This document shows positions 36,072 to 46,881 of a DNA stretch of 64,000 nt, piece after piece (positions within the stretch are counted from its first letter, which is position 1; each line of letters starts with the position of its first letter). The stretch comes from an uncultured Bacteroidota bacterium (lineage in GTDB: Bacteria; Bacteroidota; Bacteroidia; Bacteroidales; VadinHA17): the NCBI GenBank assembly GCA_963744745.1, contig CAVUVD010000019.1, forward strand, positions 427,651 through 491,650. The letters are read 5' to 3'. A model generated the notes under the pieces. The model had not been told where the DNA came from. It saw only the letters and a program-made list of their open reading frames with translations, and made no database searches. The translations under genes and the position numbers were made by a program.

Positions 36072-36847
36072 TACCACATTTCGCCGGTTAATTCAGGATC
36101 AGGAATTTTGCCTTTTTGTTTTTCGAGTGAATCGATGTAATTTGAAGCATCAGCATCCATTTGACGGTTATCCGGAACACCCCTGACATACTGTAGGTTG
36201 TACCTTACTGAACCATCTTCATTAAATACTGTCCAGGAACCATCGCGTACATCATCCTTATAATTTCCGGAATACATTTTGTTACCGTTTTCAAACCATG
36301 CCTCAAAAGGCCCATTCAGCTTTCCTTTTGTATAAGCTGATTTTGTGTAAGGGGCACCATTCTCATAGAATTGTTCACGATTTCCATGTTTCACATCATT
36401 GCTATACATCGTGCGGTCTCCAACGGTACTGTCAGGATAGTAACTCAGGGAAATTCCATTCCTGCGATCGGCTTCGAATAATTGTTCGCACACAAGATAA
36501 CCCTTATCGGGGGAGAAGAACTGCCATTTTCCTTCCTTTTTCTGATCGATATATTTACCCTTTGAAGCAACTTTACCATCCTGGTAAAATAATGTAGCAT
36601 CAGCCTCTCTTCCGTCATCACTGAATACAAGAACTGATTTCAGTTTTCCGTTTTCGTAAAATCTTCTGAATTCTCCTACAGGATGGCCGTCTTTGAATAC
36701 CCCGTCATACATTTTTGTGCCGTCGGGATAATTCCTGATCCAATGCCCTTGTTTCAGGCCGTTCCTGTCGGTCTGATTCAACTGGGCATCAACCTTGTAA
36801 CAGGAGATAATGAAAAGCAGAAGGATTGCTATTCTTTTCAGATACAT
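36071..36847 (-). CDS. MORN-repeat-variant / YwqK-like protein
   Basis: Signal peptide and repeated G.W..(F/Y)YENGK-type motifs. Confidence 0.7.
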   Translation of the reverse strand: MYLKRIAILLLFIISCYKVDAQLNQTDRNGLKQGHWIRNYPDGTKMYDGVFKDGHPVGEFRRFYENGKLKSVLVFSDDGREADATLFYQDGKVASKGKYIDQKKEGKWQFFSPDKGYLVCEQLFEADRRNGISLSYYPDSTVGDRTMYSNDVKHGNREQFYENGAPYTKSAYTKGKLNGPFEAWFENGNKMYSGNYKDDVRDGSWTVFNEDGSVRYNLQYVRGVPDNRQMDADASNYIDSLEKQKGKIPDPELTGEMW

Positions 36848-36871
36848 TTAGTCTACAATTGAACACAAAAA

Positions 36872-36904
36872 TACAAAAAAAAGAGGTTGGATTAATCCAA
36901 CCTC
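36872..36904 (-). terminator. rho-independent terminator after dnaK
   Basis: The minus strand reads gaggttgg-attaa-tccaacctc followed by a T8 run. Confidence 0.75.
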
Positions 36905-36924
36905 AATTCTGGTTGAAAGCAGTA

Positions 36925-38839
36925 TTACTTAACTTCTTCGAAATCCACATCTGTGACTTCATCATTACCTGATTTTCCGGTTCCCGGTCCGGGTTGTCCC
37001 TGACCGCCTGCTTGTGATGACTGCTGTCCTGAAGCCTGGGTGTTCCTGTACATCTCTTCAGATGCTGTTTGCCAGACTGAATTTAGTTCAGCAAGAGCAG
37101 AATCAATGGAATTGATATCCTGTGACTTATGGGCTTCCTTGAGTTTTCCAAGGGCTGCTTCAATAGAAGATTTCTTATCAGCGGGGATTTTGTCACCGAA
37201 TTCTTTGAGCTGCTTTTCAGTTGTGAATATCATACTATCGGCAGCGTTTATTTTTTCAACTCTTTCCCTTGCTTTTTTATCGGCTTCCTCGTTTGCTTTT
37301 GCCTCATCTCTCATTCTCCTGATTTCAGAGTCGCTCAATCCTGAAGATGCTTCAATTCTGATTCTCTGTTCTTTTCCTGTGCCCCTGTCTTTTGCAGCAA
37401 CATGCAGGATACCGTTTGCATCGATATCGAAAGTTACCTCAATCTGCGGCACGCCTCTGGGGGCTGGTGGTATTCCATCGAGATGGAACCGGCCGATCGT
37501 TTTGTTTCCTGCAGCCATAGGCCTTTCACCTTGTAAAACATGGATTTCAACTGAAGGCTGGGTGTCGGCAGCAGTGGTAAATACCTCTGTTTTCTTGGTA
37601 GGAATTGTGGTGTTTGCTTCAATGAGTCTGGTCATTACACCTCCCATTGTTTCAATACCCAGTGAAAGAGGTGTTACATCGAGCAGAAGTACGTCCTTTA
37701 CTTCACCGGTCAGCACACCACCCTGGATAGCAGCGCCAACAGCAACAACCTCATCCGGGTTGACACCTTTGGAAGGAACACGACCAAAGAATTTTTCGAC
37801 AAGCTGCTGGATTGCCGGGATACGTGTTGAACCACCAACAAGCAAAACCTCATCTATATCGCTCACTGACAGACCTGAATCCCTCAGTGCAAGCTTACAT
37901 GGTTCGATACAAGCCTGTATAAGTTTATCACAGATTTTTTCAAAATGAGCTCTTGTCAGAGTTTTTACAAGGTGTTTTGGAATTCCGTCCACAGGCATGA
38001 TGTATGGAAGATTTATTTCAGTCTGTGTTGAGCTGGAAAGTTCTATCTTGGCTTTTTCGGCTAGCCTCCTTGAGACGCTGCAGAGCCATAGGATCTTTTC
38101 TGAGATCAACGCCTTCCTCCCTGAGGAATTCTTCTGCAAGCCAGTCAATTATCATATGATCGAAGTCGTCACCTCCAAGGTGAGTGTCTCCATTGGTTGA
38201 TTTTACTTCAAATACACCGTCGCCAAGTTCAAGTATTGATATATCGAAGGTTCCTCCTCCGAGGTCGAATACAGCTATCTTGAGATCTTTGTTTTTCTTG
38301 TCGAGACCATAAGCCAGAGAAGCCGCAGTAGGTTCATTAATTATCCTCTTTACATTAAGACCTGCAATTTCTCCTGCTTCCTTAGTGGCCTGGCGCTGAG
38401 AATCGCTGAAATATGCCGGGACTGTAATCACGGCTTCGGTAACCTCCTGACCTAGGTAATCTTCGGCTGTTTTTTTCATTTTCTGAAGGATCATGGCAGA
38501 AATCTCCTGGGGCGAATACATTCTGTCATTTATCTTTACCCTCGGTGTATTATTGTCCCCTTTCGCAACATTGTAGGTAACTCTTTTTATTTCTTTCTGC
38601 ACCTTATCATATGTTTCACCCATGAACCTTTTGATTGAATAGACGGTATTTCTGGCATTGGTTATGGCCTGCCGTTTCGCAGGGTCACCAACTTTTCGTT
38701 CACCGTTATCAATAAAAGCAACGATGGATGGAGTTGTTCTTTTACCCTCACTGTTAGGGATGACGACTGGCTCGTTACCCTCCATAACTGCTACACATGA
38801 ATTGGTCGTTCCCAGATCGATTCCAATAATTTTTCCCAT
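36925..38839 (-). CDS. dnaK: molecular chaperone DnaK, reading frame broken by an apparent 1-nt insertion near 38062
   Basis: Two overlapping ORFs (38018-38884 and 36925-38148) together give a full DnaK. The N-terminal part starts [14 protein letters not shown] and reaches MALQRLKEA. The C-terminal part resumes at [21 protein letters not shown]. Start ATG is at 38839. Confidence 0.9.
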
Positions 38840-39037
38840 GATTTTATATTTTAAAAAATTTTCATTTTCATTCTGGTTAATCAATCATTATGCCATTAAA
38901 TCAAATCTGGCAATTCAGGTAATTATGACATTTGAGAGAGGCCGTCCAACTTTGTTTAATCTTAAATGAATGACAAAAAGACAGTATAATCTTAGCTCCT
39001 GACAGTCATCAGAATTTCATGTTACGGAACTATTGAG

Positions 39038-39045
39038 TAACTTTG
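39038..39045 (+). promoter_or_regulatory. candidate -7 box TAACTTTG upstream of panB
   Basis: Matches TAnnTTTG, 23 nt upstream of the ATG at 39068. Confidence 0.4.
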
Positions 39046-39067
39046 TAAGACACAATCTTTGATAATC

Positions 39068-39883
39068 ATGTCCGTACATCAGTCTGTTAAACGTGTGACA
39101 ACCCATGTCCTTCACGAAATGAAGCTCAAAGGGGAGAAGATAGCAATGCTGACTGCCTATGACTACTCAATTGCCCGGATACTTGATGAAGCAGGAATTG
39201 ATGTCATTCTTGTTGGAGATTCGGCATCAAATGTAATGGCCGGGTATGATACGACCCTGCCAATTACTCTCGATAATATGATTTATCATGCTGCATCTGT
39301 TGTACGTGCTGTCAAGAGAGCGCTTGTTGTGGTTGATCTACCTTTTGGCACATACCAGGGTAATTCAAAGGAAGCTCTTGTTTCTTCAATAAGGATAATG
39401 AAGGAAACAGGAGCTGCTGCTGTTAAGCTGGAAGGTGGCTCACAGGTGGTGGAGTCTGTTGAAAGAATACTTTCCGCAGGTATTCCTGTTATGGGGCATC
39501 TCGGTCTGACACCTCAGGCGATACATAAATTCGGAACGTATGTTGTGAGGGCCAGAGAGGAGGAAGAAGCCAGGAAGCTTATGGAGGATGCAAAATTACT
39601 TGAACAGACAGGCTGTTTTGCACTTGTTCTCGAGAAAATTCCTGCAAGGCTTGCTGAAGAGGTAACCTCGGGTATAAAGATACCTGTAATCGGAATTGGT
39701 GCAGGCCCTAAAACTGATGGGCAGGTACTGGTACTGCATGACATGCTTGGCATAAATAAGGAGTTTTCACCCCGGTTCCTGAGGCGATACCATAATTTAT
39801 ATGATGAGATAAAAGGAGCTGTCCAGAATTATATCCATGATGTGAGATCACAGGATTTTCCCAACGAGAAAGAACAGTATTGA
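39068..39883 (+). CDS. panB: 3-methyl-2-oxobutanoate hydroxymethyltransferase
   Basis: Motifs LTAYDY and [21 protein letters not shown], with typical length. Confidence 0.9.
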   Translation: MSVHQSVKRVTTHVLHEMKLKGEKIAMLTAYDYSIARILDEAGIDVILVGDSASNVMAGYDTTLPITLDNMIYHAASVVRAVKRALVVVDLPFGTYQGNSKEALVSSIRIMKETGAAAVKLEGGSQVVESVERILSAGIPVMGHLGLTPQAIHKFGTYVVRAREEEEARKLMEDAKLLEQTGCFALVLEKIPARLAEEVTSGIKIPVIGIGAGPKTDGQVLVLHDMLGINKEFSPRFLRRYHNLYDEIKGAVQNYIHDVRSQDFPNEKEQY

Positions 39884-39884
39884 A

Positions 39885-40559
39885 ATGGCCGAGATCCTGT
39901 ACGAAGACAATCATCTGATAGCTGTCTATAAGAAATCTTCCGATCTTGCCCAGAGTGACAGGACCGGGGATATCCCTCTTGAAGAAGAGGTCAAAAAGTA
40001 TATTGCAGTAAAATACAAGAAAAAGGGAGAAGTTTTCCTGGGTGTTGTGCACAGGCTTGACCGGCCTGTCAGCGGGGTAATGGTTTTTGCCAGAACCTCT
40101 AAGGCGCTGGAGAGAATGAATGAAATGTTCCGTGAAGGCAAAATAAAAAAGACATATCTCGCCATTGTGAAGGAACGACCGCCTGAAGATGAAGCCACTA
40201 TTGTTCATTACCTTAAAAAGAATGAAAAACAAAACAAGACTTTTGTATATGATGAAGAGGTAAAAGGATCAAAAATGGCAAGTCTTACTTACAGGCTTAA
40301 GGGACGATCCGAAAAATATTATCTCATTGAAATAGACCTTCATACCGGAAGACACCATCAGATCAGGGCTCAAATGGCTAAAATAGGGTGTCCTGTGAAA
40401 GGTGACCTCAAATATGGTTTTCCAAGATCAAATGAGGACGGTGGAATCAGCCTCTTTGCACAGAAAATAGAGTTCATGCATCCTGTCAGGAAAGAGCCTG
40501 TCAAAATAACTGCCCACTTTCCGGAAGGTGATATCTGGCATATATTCAGCGCTATATAA
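39885..40559 (+). CDS. RluA family pseudouridine synthase
   Basis: HRLDRPVSG catalytic motif and TGRHHQIR motif. Confidence 0.8.
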   Translation: MAEILYEDNHLIAVYKKSSDLAQSDRTGDIPLEEEVKKYIAVKYKKKGEVFLGVVHRLDRPVSGVMVFARTSKALERMNEMFREGKIKKTYLAIVKERPPEDEATIVHYLKKNEKQNKTFVYDEEVKGSKMASLTYRLKGRSEKYYLIEIDLHTGRHHQIRAQMAKIGCPVKGDLKYGFPRSNEDGGISLFAQKIEFMHPVRKEPVKITAHFPEGDIWHIFSAI

Positions 40560-40649
40560 AAACTTATTTGTTTTTAAAGTTTAGTGCCGATTCAGTTAAG
40601 GAAAAGTTAAATTTTGTAAGGGATCGGGTTAAACACTTATTTTTGCAGC

Positions 40650-42278
40650 ATGAAAAGGCTAAGATTCACGATTTTAGTGGGGATGATGCTGCTTTCGGTG
40701 GTTGGCATCATATGGGTTCAGATTATATGGATACGTGATGCCGTCAGAATACAGAATAACAGCTTTAATAACCGGGTTGCAATAAGCCTTATTGGAGCCA
40801 GGGACAATATTGAGTTTTCCAGAAAGATGAATTTTCTGAATAATGAACTTCAGAATGATCCGGTTATGTACCAGGGAAATTCGGAAGGGATGGAATTTAT
40901 GATAGAAAGTTATTCAGCTCAGGATGGCGAAATAAGCCTGAATATCACAAACCAGACAATAACAGGGGATTCAGACACGGCAGAGATTACAACAAGAAAT
41001 CAGTCGTATTACTCCGATGGAGATACAACTATATCATCTGATTCGGTTTCATATATAATGAGAACGCCTGATGGTAAAAACAAGCTAAAAGTTGTTCCTT
41101 CGAGTGAATACAATACAGATCCCGGTCCCGGGTACATAAGACAAAACGATTTCGTGAACTGGTTGAGAAAACGTGCAAATGAGTTCCAGAATCTCAGTGA
41201 TCAGATGATCTCAGAAATCTATCAATGGGAGAAAACTCTCGAGCTTGATCCGGGTGAAATCTCAAACGCACTTAAAAGATCTCTCGCATTCAGTGAAATC
41301 GAAACTCCTTATGAATTTGCGATTATCAGGAATGGTACCGTACAGGAAGGTACCTACAGGAATGCCAAAGCAAAAGATTTCCTTGAAAGTAAATATAAGG
41401 TATGGCTATTCCCGGATAATATTGTAAATCAGGATATACTGCTCTCGGTGGTCTTCCCTGAAAAAACGAATTATGTGATGGGCTCAATGATGTGGATACT
41501 TGGAGGATCGATGCTCTTTTCGCTTTTTATACTTGCTACTTTTGCGTTTAGTCTGTATTTCATCATTACTACCAAGAAAGTCTCGGAAATGAAATCGGAT
41601 TTTCTTAATAATATGACTCATGAATTCAAAACTCCCATAGCAACCATATCTCTTGCCGCTGATACAATTACGAATGCTAAAGTTATAAGAGATGAAGCAA
41701 GCGTCCGTCATTTCGTGGGTATGATCAAGAAAGAGAACAGCAGGATGAACAAGAAAGTTGAAACAATCCTTCAGATTGCTTCTCTTGACAAGAAGGAAAT
41801 TGATTTCAGGTTTGAAAACATCTCAATGCATACTATCATCGGACATGCTGTTGAGACAATTGATATACAGGTTCAGCAACGGAACGGCAGAATTATTCTC
41901 AACCTTGACGCTCATGAACCCGTTATTTGCGGTGATAGTGAGCATCTTACAAATCTTGTCAACAATTTTCTTGATAATGCGTTGAAATATTCGCCGGAGA
42001 CACCCGAAATAACTGTCTCGACCAAAAATACAGATAAGGGATTATTGTTGAGCATTGAGGATAAAGGTATAGGAATGACCAAGGCTGTTCAGAGTAAGAT
42101 ATTCGAGAGATTCTACAGGCAGGCCTCGGGTAATGTGCATGATGTGAAAGGATTTGGTCTGGGTCTGAATTATGCCCGGGCAATAATCGATGCACATAAA
42201 GGGAATGTAACAGTATCAAGTGAACCGGGAAAAGGTACAAGATTCGACATTTTTTTACCCTTTAATTGTGAAAACTGA
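40650..42278 (+). CDS. sensor histidine kinase
   Basis: N-terminal TM, second TM at about aa 280-305, H box SDFLNNMTHEFKTPI, N and G boxes (DNALKYS, GFGLGLNYA). Confidence 0.85.
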   Translation: MKRLRFTILVGMMLLSVVGIIWVQIIWIRDAVRIQNNSFNNRVAISLIGARDNIEFSRKMNFLNNELQNDPVMYQGNSEGMEFMIESYSAQDGEISLNITNQTITGDSDTAEITTRNQSYYSDGDTTISSDSVSYIMRTPDGKNKLKVVPSSEYNTDPGPGYIRQNDFVNWLRKRANEFQNLSDQMISEIYQWEKTLELDPGEISNALKRSLAFSEIETPYEFAIIRNGTVQEGTYRNAKAKDFLESKYKVWLFPDNIVNQDILLSVVFPEKTNYVMGSMMWILGGSMLFSLFILATFAFSLYFIITTKKVSEMKSDFLNNMTHEFKTPIATISLAADTITNAKVIRDEASVRHFVGMIKKENSRMNKKVETILQIASLDKKEIDFRFENISMHTIIGHAVETIDIQVQQRNGRIILNLDAHEPVICGDSEHLTNLVNNFLDNALKYSPETPEITVSTKNTDKGLLLSIEDKGIGMTKAVQSKIFERFYRQASGNVHDVKGFGLGLNYARAIIDAHKGNVTVSSEPGKGTRFDIFLPFNCEN

Positions 42279-42280
42279 TT

Positions 42281-42982
42281 ATGAGCAACAAGGCAGCAAG
42301 GATTTTTCTGGTTGAGGATGATCTCAGCTTTGGATCTGTTCTGAAATCCTACCTCGAAATTAATGATTATGTAGTTGAATGGGTTGACGATGGCAAATAT
42401 GCCATGGATCATTTCAGAAAAGGAAGTTTCAATATCTGCATACTTGATATTATGCTTCCTCATGTCGATGGTTTCACAATTGCCCAGGAAATAAGAAAAA
42501 TAAACACCGATATTCCTATTATCTTTCTTACGGCCAAGAAGATGAAGGATGATGTTCTTAAAGGATATGATGTTGGAGCAGACGATTATATTACCAAACC
42601 TTTCGATACAGATATTCTGCTGGCAAAGATCAGGGCTATCCTTTCACGCCGTGACACACAGAACGGGGAAAAGGATATTTATGAAATTGGTAAATTTATT
42701 TTTAACTCAAAGCTTCGTACACTGACTATAGGAACTGATGAGAAGAAGCTGTCACCGAAAGAGGCTCAATTGCTGGAACTCCTTGCAATCAATCCGAATG
42801 AGCTTATCAGCAGGGAGCTTGCTTTGAAGAAGATCTGGGGCTCGGATGATTATTTTACAGCCAGGAGCATGGATGTTTATATAACCAAGCTCAGGAAGTT
42901 CCTTTCAGAAGATCCTGATCTTAACATTAAAAATATACATGGTGCAGGATTTCAGCTGATTGTCAGGGATGAACAATCCTGA
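42281..42982 (+). CDS. OmpR-family response regulator transcription factor
   Basis: Receiver domain (ILDIMLP, LTAK) plus a winged-helix C-terminus. Starts 2 nt after the kinase stop. Confidence 0.85.
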   Translation: MSNKAARIFLVEDDLSFGSVLKSYLEINDYVVEWVDDGKYAMDHFRKGSFNICILDIMLPHVDGFTIAQEIRKINTDIPIIFLTAKKMKDDVLKGYDVGADDYITKPFDTDILLAKIRAILSRRDTQNGEKDIYEIGKFIFNSKLRTLTIGTDEKKLSPKEAQLLELLAINPNELISRELALKKIWGSDDYFTARSMDVYITKLRKFLSEDPDLNIKNIHGAGFQLIVRDEQS

Positions 42983-43457
42983 GATTGTCCTTATTGAACT
43001 GAAGTGGTAAAAGATCACCTATACTATTGATAACCAGTGTTCGTTTACTGCCTGAAAGAATTATTCTTATCTCTTTCCCATTTCTTGATTCTTCCTCTGC
43101 GATTACCTGCCGGCACATGCCGCATGGTGATACATAATCATCTGAATTACCGTCGCTGGTAAAGGCTGCAATAGCAATGGCCAGGGGTTTATCTTCCGGG
43201 AAGTTTGTAACACAATTTGCAAGAGCATTCCGTTCGGCGCAAACACCTGATGGATAAGCGGCATTTTCCACATTGGCCCCTTTTACTATTTGCCCTCCCT
43301 CGAGTCTTACAGCTGCTCCGACCATGAATTTGGAATATGGTGCATATGCATGAAGCGATGCTTCCTTTGCAGCCTCAATAAGTTCCCTGTCCTCTGAGGT
43401 TAACTCATCAATATTATCGTATTCGGTATAATAAACAGATATATTGCGGGTTTTCAT
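42963..43457 (-). CDS. cdd: cytidine deaminase
   Basis: Zinc motifs CAERNAL and PCGMCRQ. Confidence 0.85.
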   Translation of the reverse strand: MKTRNISVYYTEYDNIDELTSEDRELIEAAKEASLHAYAPYSKFMVGAAVRLEGGQIVKGANVENAAYPSGVCAERNALANCVTNFPEDKPLAIAIAAFTSDGNSDDYVSPCGMCRQVIAEEESRNGKEIRIILSGSKRTLVINSIGDLLPLQFNKDNLRIVHP

Positions 43458-43601
43458 CCGTTATTTTTTATGATTTAAAAATGCGCGATGAACCATCGCA
43501 TGAAAATAATTTCATACCGGAATTATATAAATACATGCGGATTTCATAATACAAAAATACTCTTTTAGTTTTCGTTATACCCTGAGTTCTGCCTTTTTTT
43601 C

Positions 43602-43609
43602 TATTTTTG
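43602..43609 (+). promoter_or_regulatory. candidate -7 box TATTTTTG
   Basis: Matches TAnnTTTG, 18 nt upstream of the ATG at 43627. Confidence 0.35.
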
Positions 43610-43626
43610 CCTCAAACCGCTGACCA

Positions 43627-44631
43627 ATGCTAAAGAAAAACCCCTTTGCATTTCTAATGATTATTACACTTCTATTATTTTCCTGCAGAGCATCCAGAAT
43701 TTCAAATACAACAGGTACACCTGGTCCGGATATGAGAGTTATTTCAACGGGCAATGCTGAACTTGATTATATTAATACTTATAAGGATATCGCAATAAGC
43801 GAAATGAAACGCACCGGTGTTCCTGCCAGCATAACCCTGGCGCAGGGCATTATTGAATCAAACAGCGGGCGAAGTGAAATAGCCAGAAGGGGTAATAATC
43901 ATTTCGGCATCAAGTGCCATAACTGGCAGGGAGCAGTGATCTACCACGATGATGACAGGAAAAATGATTGTTTCAGAAAATATAATAATCCGGAGCATTC
44001 GTTCAGGGATCATTCCGATTTTATTAAGAACGGCACCAGGTATGCCTTCCTGTTTGACCTGCCACATACTGATTACAAAGGTTGGGCGAGAGGATTGAAA
44101 AAAGCCGGATATGCAACAAATCCGGATTATGCTAATATGCTGATTAGTAAAATAGAAGAGGAAAACCTTATGATTTACGATAAAGGTTTCACAACAGACA
44201 TAACGAGAATTCAGAAAGAAGCTGATGATGAGGTCGTAACAGCATCATTATCAGATGAAGGTATAATCAGAAAAGCTCCCAGGATACTGGAAAACAATCG
44301 TATAGAATATATCATAGCCAGGCCCGGTGATACACGGGAGAACCTTGAAAAGGAATTCAACCTGCTGAGATGGGAACTTCCCAGGTACAACGACCTTGAT
44401 GACGGATTCTCGCTGACGCCCGGACAAATACTGTATCTGCAGCCTAAAAGGGATAAGGCAGCAGCCGGGAATGAAAACTACGTTATGCGTGAAGGTGATA
44501 CAATGTATGATATCTCACAGAAATTCGGGATTAAGCTCAGAAATCTCTATGAAATGAACAGAATGGACATGGGGACTGAACCGGATCCGGGAACTAAATT
44601 ATGGTTAAGGAGTTTGAAGCCGGTCAGCTAG
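43627..44631 (+). CDS. glucosaminidase-domain peptidoglycan hydrolase with C-terminal LysM repeats
   Basis: LAQGIIESNSGRS...NNHFGIK glucosaminidase motif and two LysM-like segments near the C-terminus. Confidence 0.75.
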   Translation: MLKKNPFAFLMIITLLLFSCRASRISNTTGTPGPDMRVISTGNAELDYINTYKDIAISEMKRTGVPASITLAQGIIESNSGRSEIARRGNNHFGIKCHNWQGAVIYHDDDRKNDCFRKYNNPEHSFRDHSDFIKNGTRYAFLFDLPHTDYKGWARGLKKAGYATNPDYANMLISKIEEENLMIYDKGFTTDITRIQKEADDEVVTASLSDEGIIRKAPRILENNRIEYIIARPGDTRENLEKEFNLLRWELPRYNDLDDGFSLTPGQILYLQPKRDKAAAGNENYVMREGDTMYDISQKFGIKLRNLYEMNRMDMGTEPDPGTKLWLRSLKPVS

Positions 44632-45590
44632 ATAATAATTGCATATTTATCTATTCTGAAACCCCTCAGAAATTCCGAAGCATTCATTCTCTTTCTTCCT
44701 TCGGGCTGGAGGCGGCAGATGTTCAGAAATCCCTCCCTGCATGCTGCTTTCAGAATCTTCCTCCCGTCTGAAAGGTAGGTGCCGGGTTCATAATTATGTT
44801 TTGTAAATTCAGGATAGCTTTCAAAGATTTTGAATGAGATCTGATCATTGTCGTTACGGAATAATGCTTTTGCACAAGGAGATGGAGACAAACCCCTGAC
44901 AAAGTTATGCAGGTACAATGGCTCTTTGTTCCAGTCTATGTTGCAGAATTCCGTACTTATTTTGGGTGCCGGGTTCAGCTTTTCACCAGGACCTATAAAT
45001 TCAGACTGTGGTTTAGTTTTGAGACTGCCGTCAGCAATGCCTGCAAGAGTCCGGATGACAAGTCTTGCTCCCTGTTTCATTAATCTGTCATGCAGATCAC
45101 CGGCATTTTCGAATGAAAAAATTGGTGCTTCTTCCCTCATGAGAATATTACCGGTATCAATCTTATCATCAATGAAGAAAGTAGTAAGACCTGTTGTTGT
45201 CTCGCCATTGATAATAGCATGGTTAATCGGTGCTGCTCCCCTGTATTGTGGCAGTAGCGATGCATGAAGGTTGATAGTGCCGATCGACGGAATACTCCAG
45301 ATGGATTCAGGAAGCATCCTGAAAGCGACAACAATGAAAACATCCGGATTAAGACTTTTGATCTGAGCAATAAACGACGGGTCTTTCAGATTTGCCGGTT
45401 GCATAATAGGAAGAAGGTTGAATTCTGCAAATTCCTTAACTGCCGGTTTTGTAACCTTTCTTCCTCTTCCGGCCGGTTTGTCGGGTGCAGTAACCACACC
45501 AACCACATTGAAACCATTTATAAGCAGGGCACCTAAAGTAGCAACGGCAAACTCAGTTGTCCCCATAAAAACAATTCTGAGAGATTTCAT
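44628..45590 (-). CDS. fmt: methionyl-tRNA formyltransferase
   Basis: IVFMGTTEFAV N-terminus, HASLLPQYRGAAPI motif, 320 aa. Confidence 0.9.
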   Translation of the reverse strand: MKSLRIVFMGTTEFAVATLGALLINGFNVVGVVTAPDKPAGRGRKVTKPAVKEFAEFNLLPIMQPANLKDPSFIAQIKSLNPDVFIVVAFRMLPESIWSIPSIGTINLHASLLPQYRGAAPINHAIINGETTTGLTTFFIDDKIDTGNILMREEAPIFSFENAGDLHDRLMKQGARLVIRTLAGIADGSLKTKPQSEFIGPGEKLNPAPKISTEFCNIDWNKEPLYLHNFVRGLSPSPCAKALFRNDNDQISFKIFESYPEFTKHNYEPGTYLSDGRKILKAACREGFLNICRLQPEGRKRMNASEFLRGFRIDKYAIII

Positions 45591-45622
45591 AGTTTCATAG
45601 TTGGTAAGGCTTTACAGCAAAG

Positions 45623-46870
45623 TTATTCTAAATTCTTATCCTTAACAATATGTTTATAGCAAGTAAGGTTATGTCCCATCTTGTTTGCTTTTGTCTCCAG
45701 GTAAAACTTATTATACTGGTTTGCCTCAATAACCAGGGGGATAGTTTCAACTATCTGAATTCCGTATCCCTCAAGTCCCACTCTTTTTACAGGGTTATTT
45801 GAAATGAGTCGGACTTTGCCGAGCCCTAACTCCCGCATTATGCTTGCTCCGACCCCATAATCCCTTTCATCTTCTCCAAATCCAAGCTTAATATTTGCCT
45901 GCACAGTATCCATACCCTCATCCTGAAGTTTATAAGCCTTGATTTTATTAAGCAATCCGATGCCACGGCCTTCCTGGCTCAGGTAAATTACGACACCCTT
46001 ACCTTCGGCTTCCACCATTTCCATTGCCTTATGCAGCTGGGGACCGCAATCGCACCTGAGTGAACCAAAAATGTCACCGGTAAAGCACGATGAGTGAAGT
46101 CTTACAAGAACAGGTTCATCCTTTGTCCAGGAACCTTTAACCAGAGCACCATGTTCCAGTCCATTGCTGATCTGCCTGAAAGGAATGAATTCAAAACTTC
46201 CTTTTTCAGTAGGGAGGTTTACTCTTTCACCTTTTTCAATTATTGAATCCCGGTCAAGTTTATACTTTATAAGATCCCTGATAGTAACTATTTTGATACC
46301 GAAATTCTCACTAATCATCTGCAGGTCATCCATTCGTGCCATCGTGCCATCATCATTCATTATCTCGACAAGAGCACCCCCGGGCTGAAGGCCTGCAAAG
46401 CGTGTAAGATCAACAACCGCCTCTGTGTGACCTGCTCTTCTGAGAACTCCCTTTGCTTTTGCTTTAAGCGGGAAAATATGTCCTGGTCTGCCAAGATCAG
46501 TTGGTTTTGTTTCAGGATCAACAAGAGCCTTTATTGTCAGAGCACGGTCTCTTGCAGATACTCCGGTAGTTGTTTCTTCTGATAACAGGTCCACGGTAAC
46601 TGTGAACTGAGTTTCATGCAGAGATGTATTATTGCCTACCATGAGGTTCAGATCCAGCTCTTCGCATCTCTCTTCAGGCAATGCCGCACAGATAAGTCCG
46701 CGTCCATGTTTTGCCATAAAATTTACTATTTCAGGTGTAATCAGCTCGGCCGCACAAATAAAATCCCCTTCATTTTCCCTGTCTTCATCATCGACTACAA
46801 TCAGAAGTTTACCTTTCCTGATATCTTCAATTGCTTCTTCAATTGCATTCAATTTGTATTTTTTGTTCAT
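45623..46870 (-). CDS. ribBA: bifunctional 3,4-dihydroxy-2-butanone-4-phosphate synthase / GTP cyclohydrolase II
   Basis: [12 protein letters not shown] (DHBP synthase) and [18 protein letters not shown] (GCH II). Confidence 0.9.
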   Translation of the reverse strand: MNKKYKLNAIEEAIEDIRKGKLLIVVDDEDRENEGDFICAAELITPEIVNFMAKHGRGLICAALPEERCEELDLNLMVGNNTSLHETQFTVTVDLLSEETTTGVSARDRALTIKALVDPETKPTDLGRPGHIFPLKAKAKGVLRRAGHTEAVVDLTRFAGLQPGGALVEIMNDDGTMARMDDLQMISENFGIKIVTIRDLIKYKLDRDSIIEKGERVNLPTEKGSFEFIPFRQISNGLEHGALVKGSWTKDEPVLVRLHSSCFTGDIFGSLRCDCGPQLHKAMEMVEAEGKGVVIYLSQEGRGIGLLNKIKAYKLQDEGMDTVQANIKLGFGEDERDYGVGASIMRELGLGKVRLISNNPVKRVGLEGYGIQIVETIPLVIEANQYNKFYLETKANKMGHNLTCYKHIVKDKNLE

Positions 46871-46881
46871 TTCTGGATTAT

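Noticed and set aside
37040-37948. 302-aa plus-strand ORF
   Set aside because: It is antisense to the conserved dnaK coding sequence and gives a Ser/Ile-rich low-complexity translation. It is a typical shadow ORF.
40638-40645. TATTTTTG (-7 box match) before the histidine kinase gene
   Set aside because: It lies only 5 nt from the ATG at 40650. That spacing would put the transcription start inside the ORF, so I did not call it a promoter.
46871-46881. FMN riboswitch upstream of ribBA
   Set aside because: Only 11 nt separate ribBA from the upstream lptF/G-like gene, so there is no room for an FMN element.
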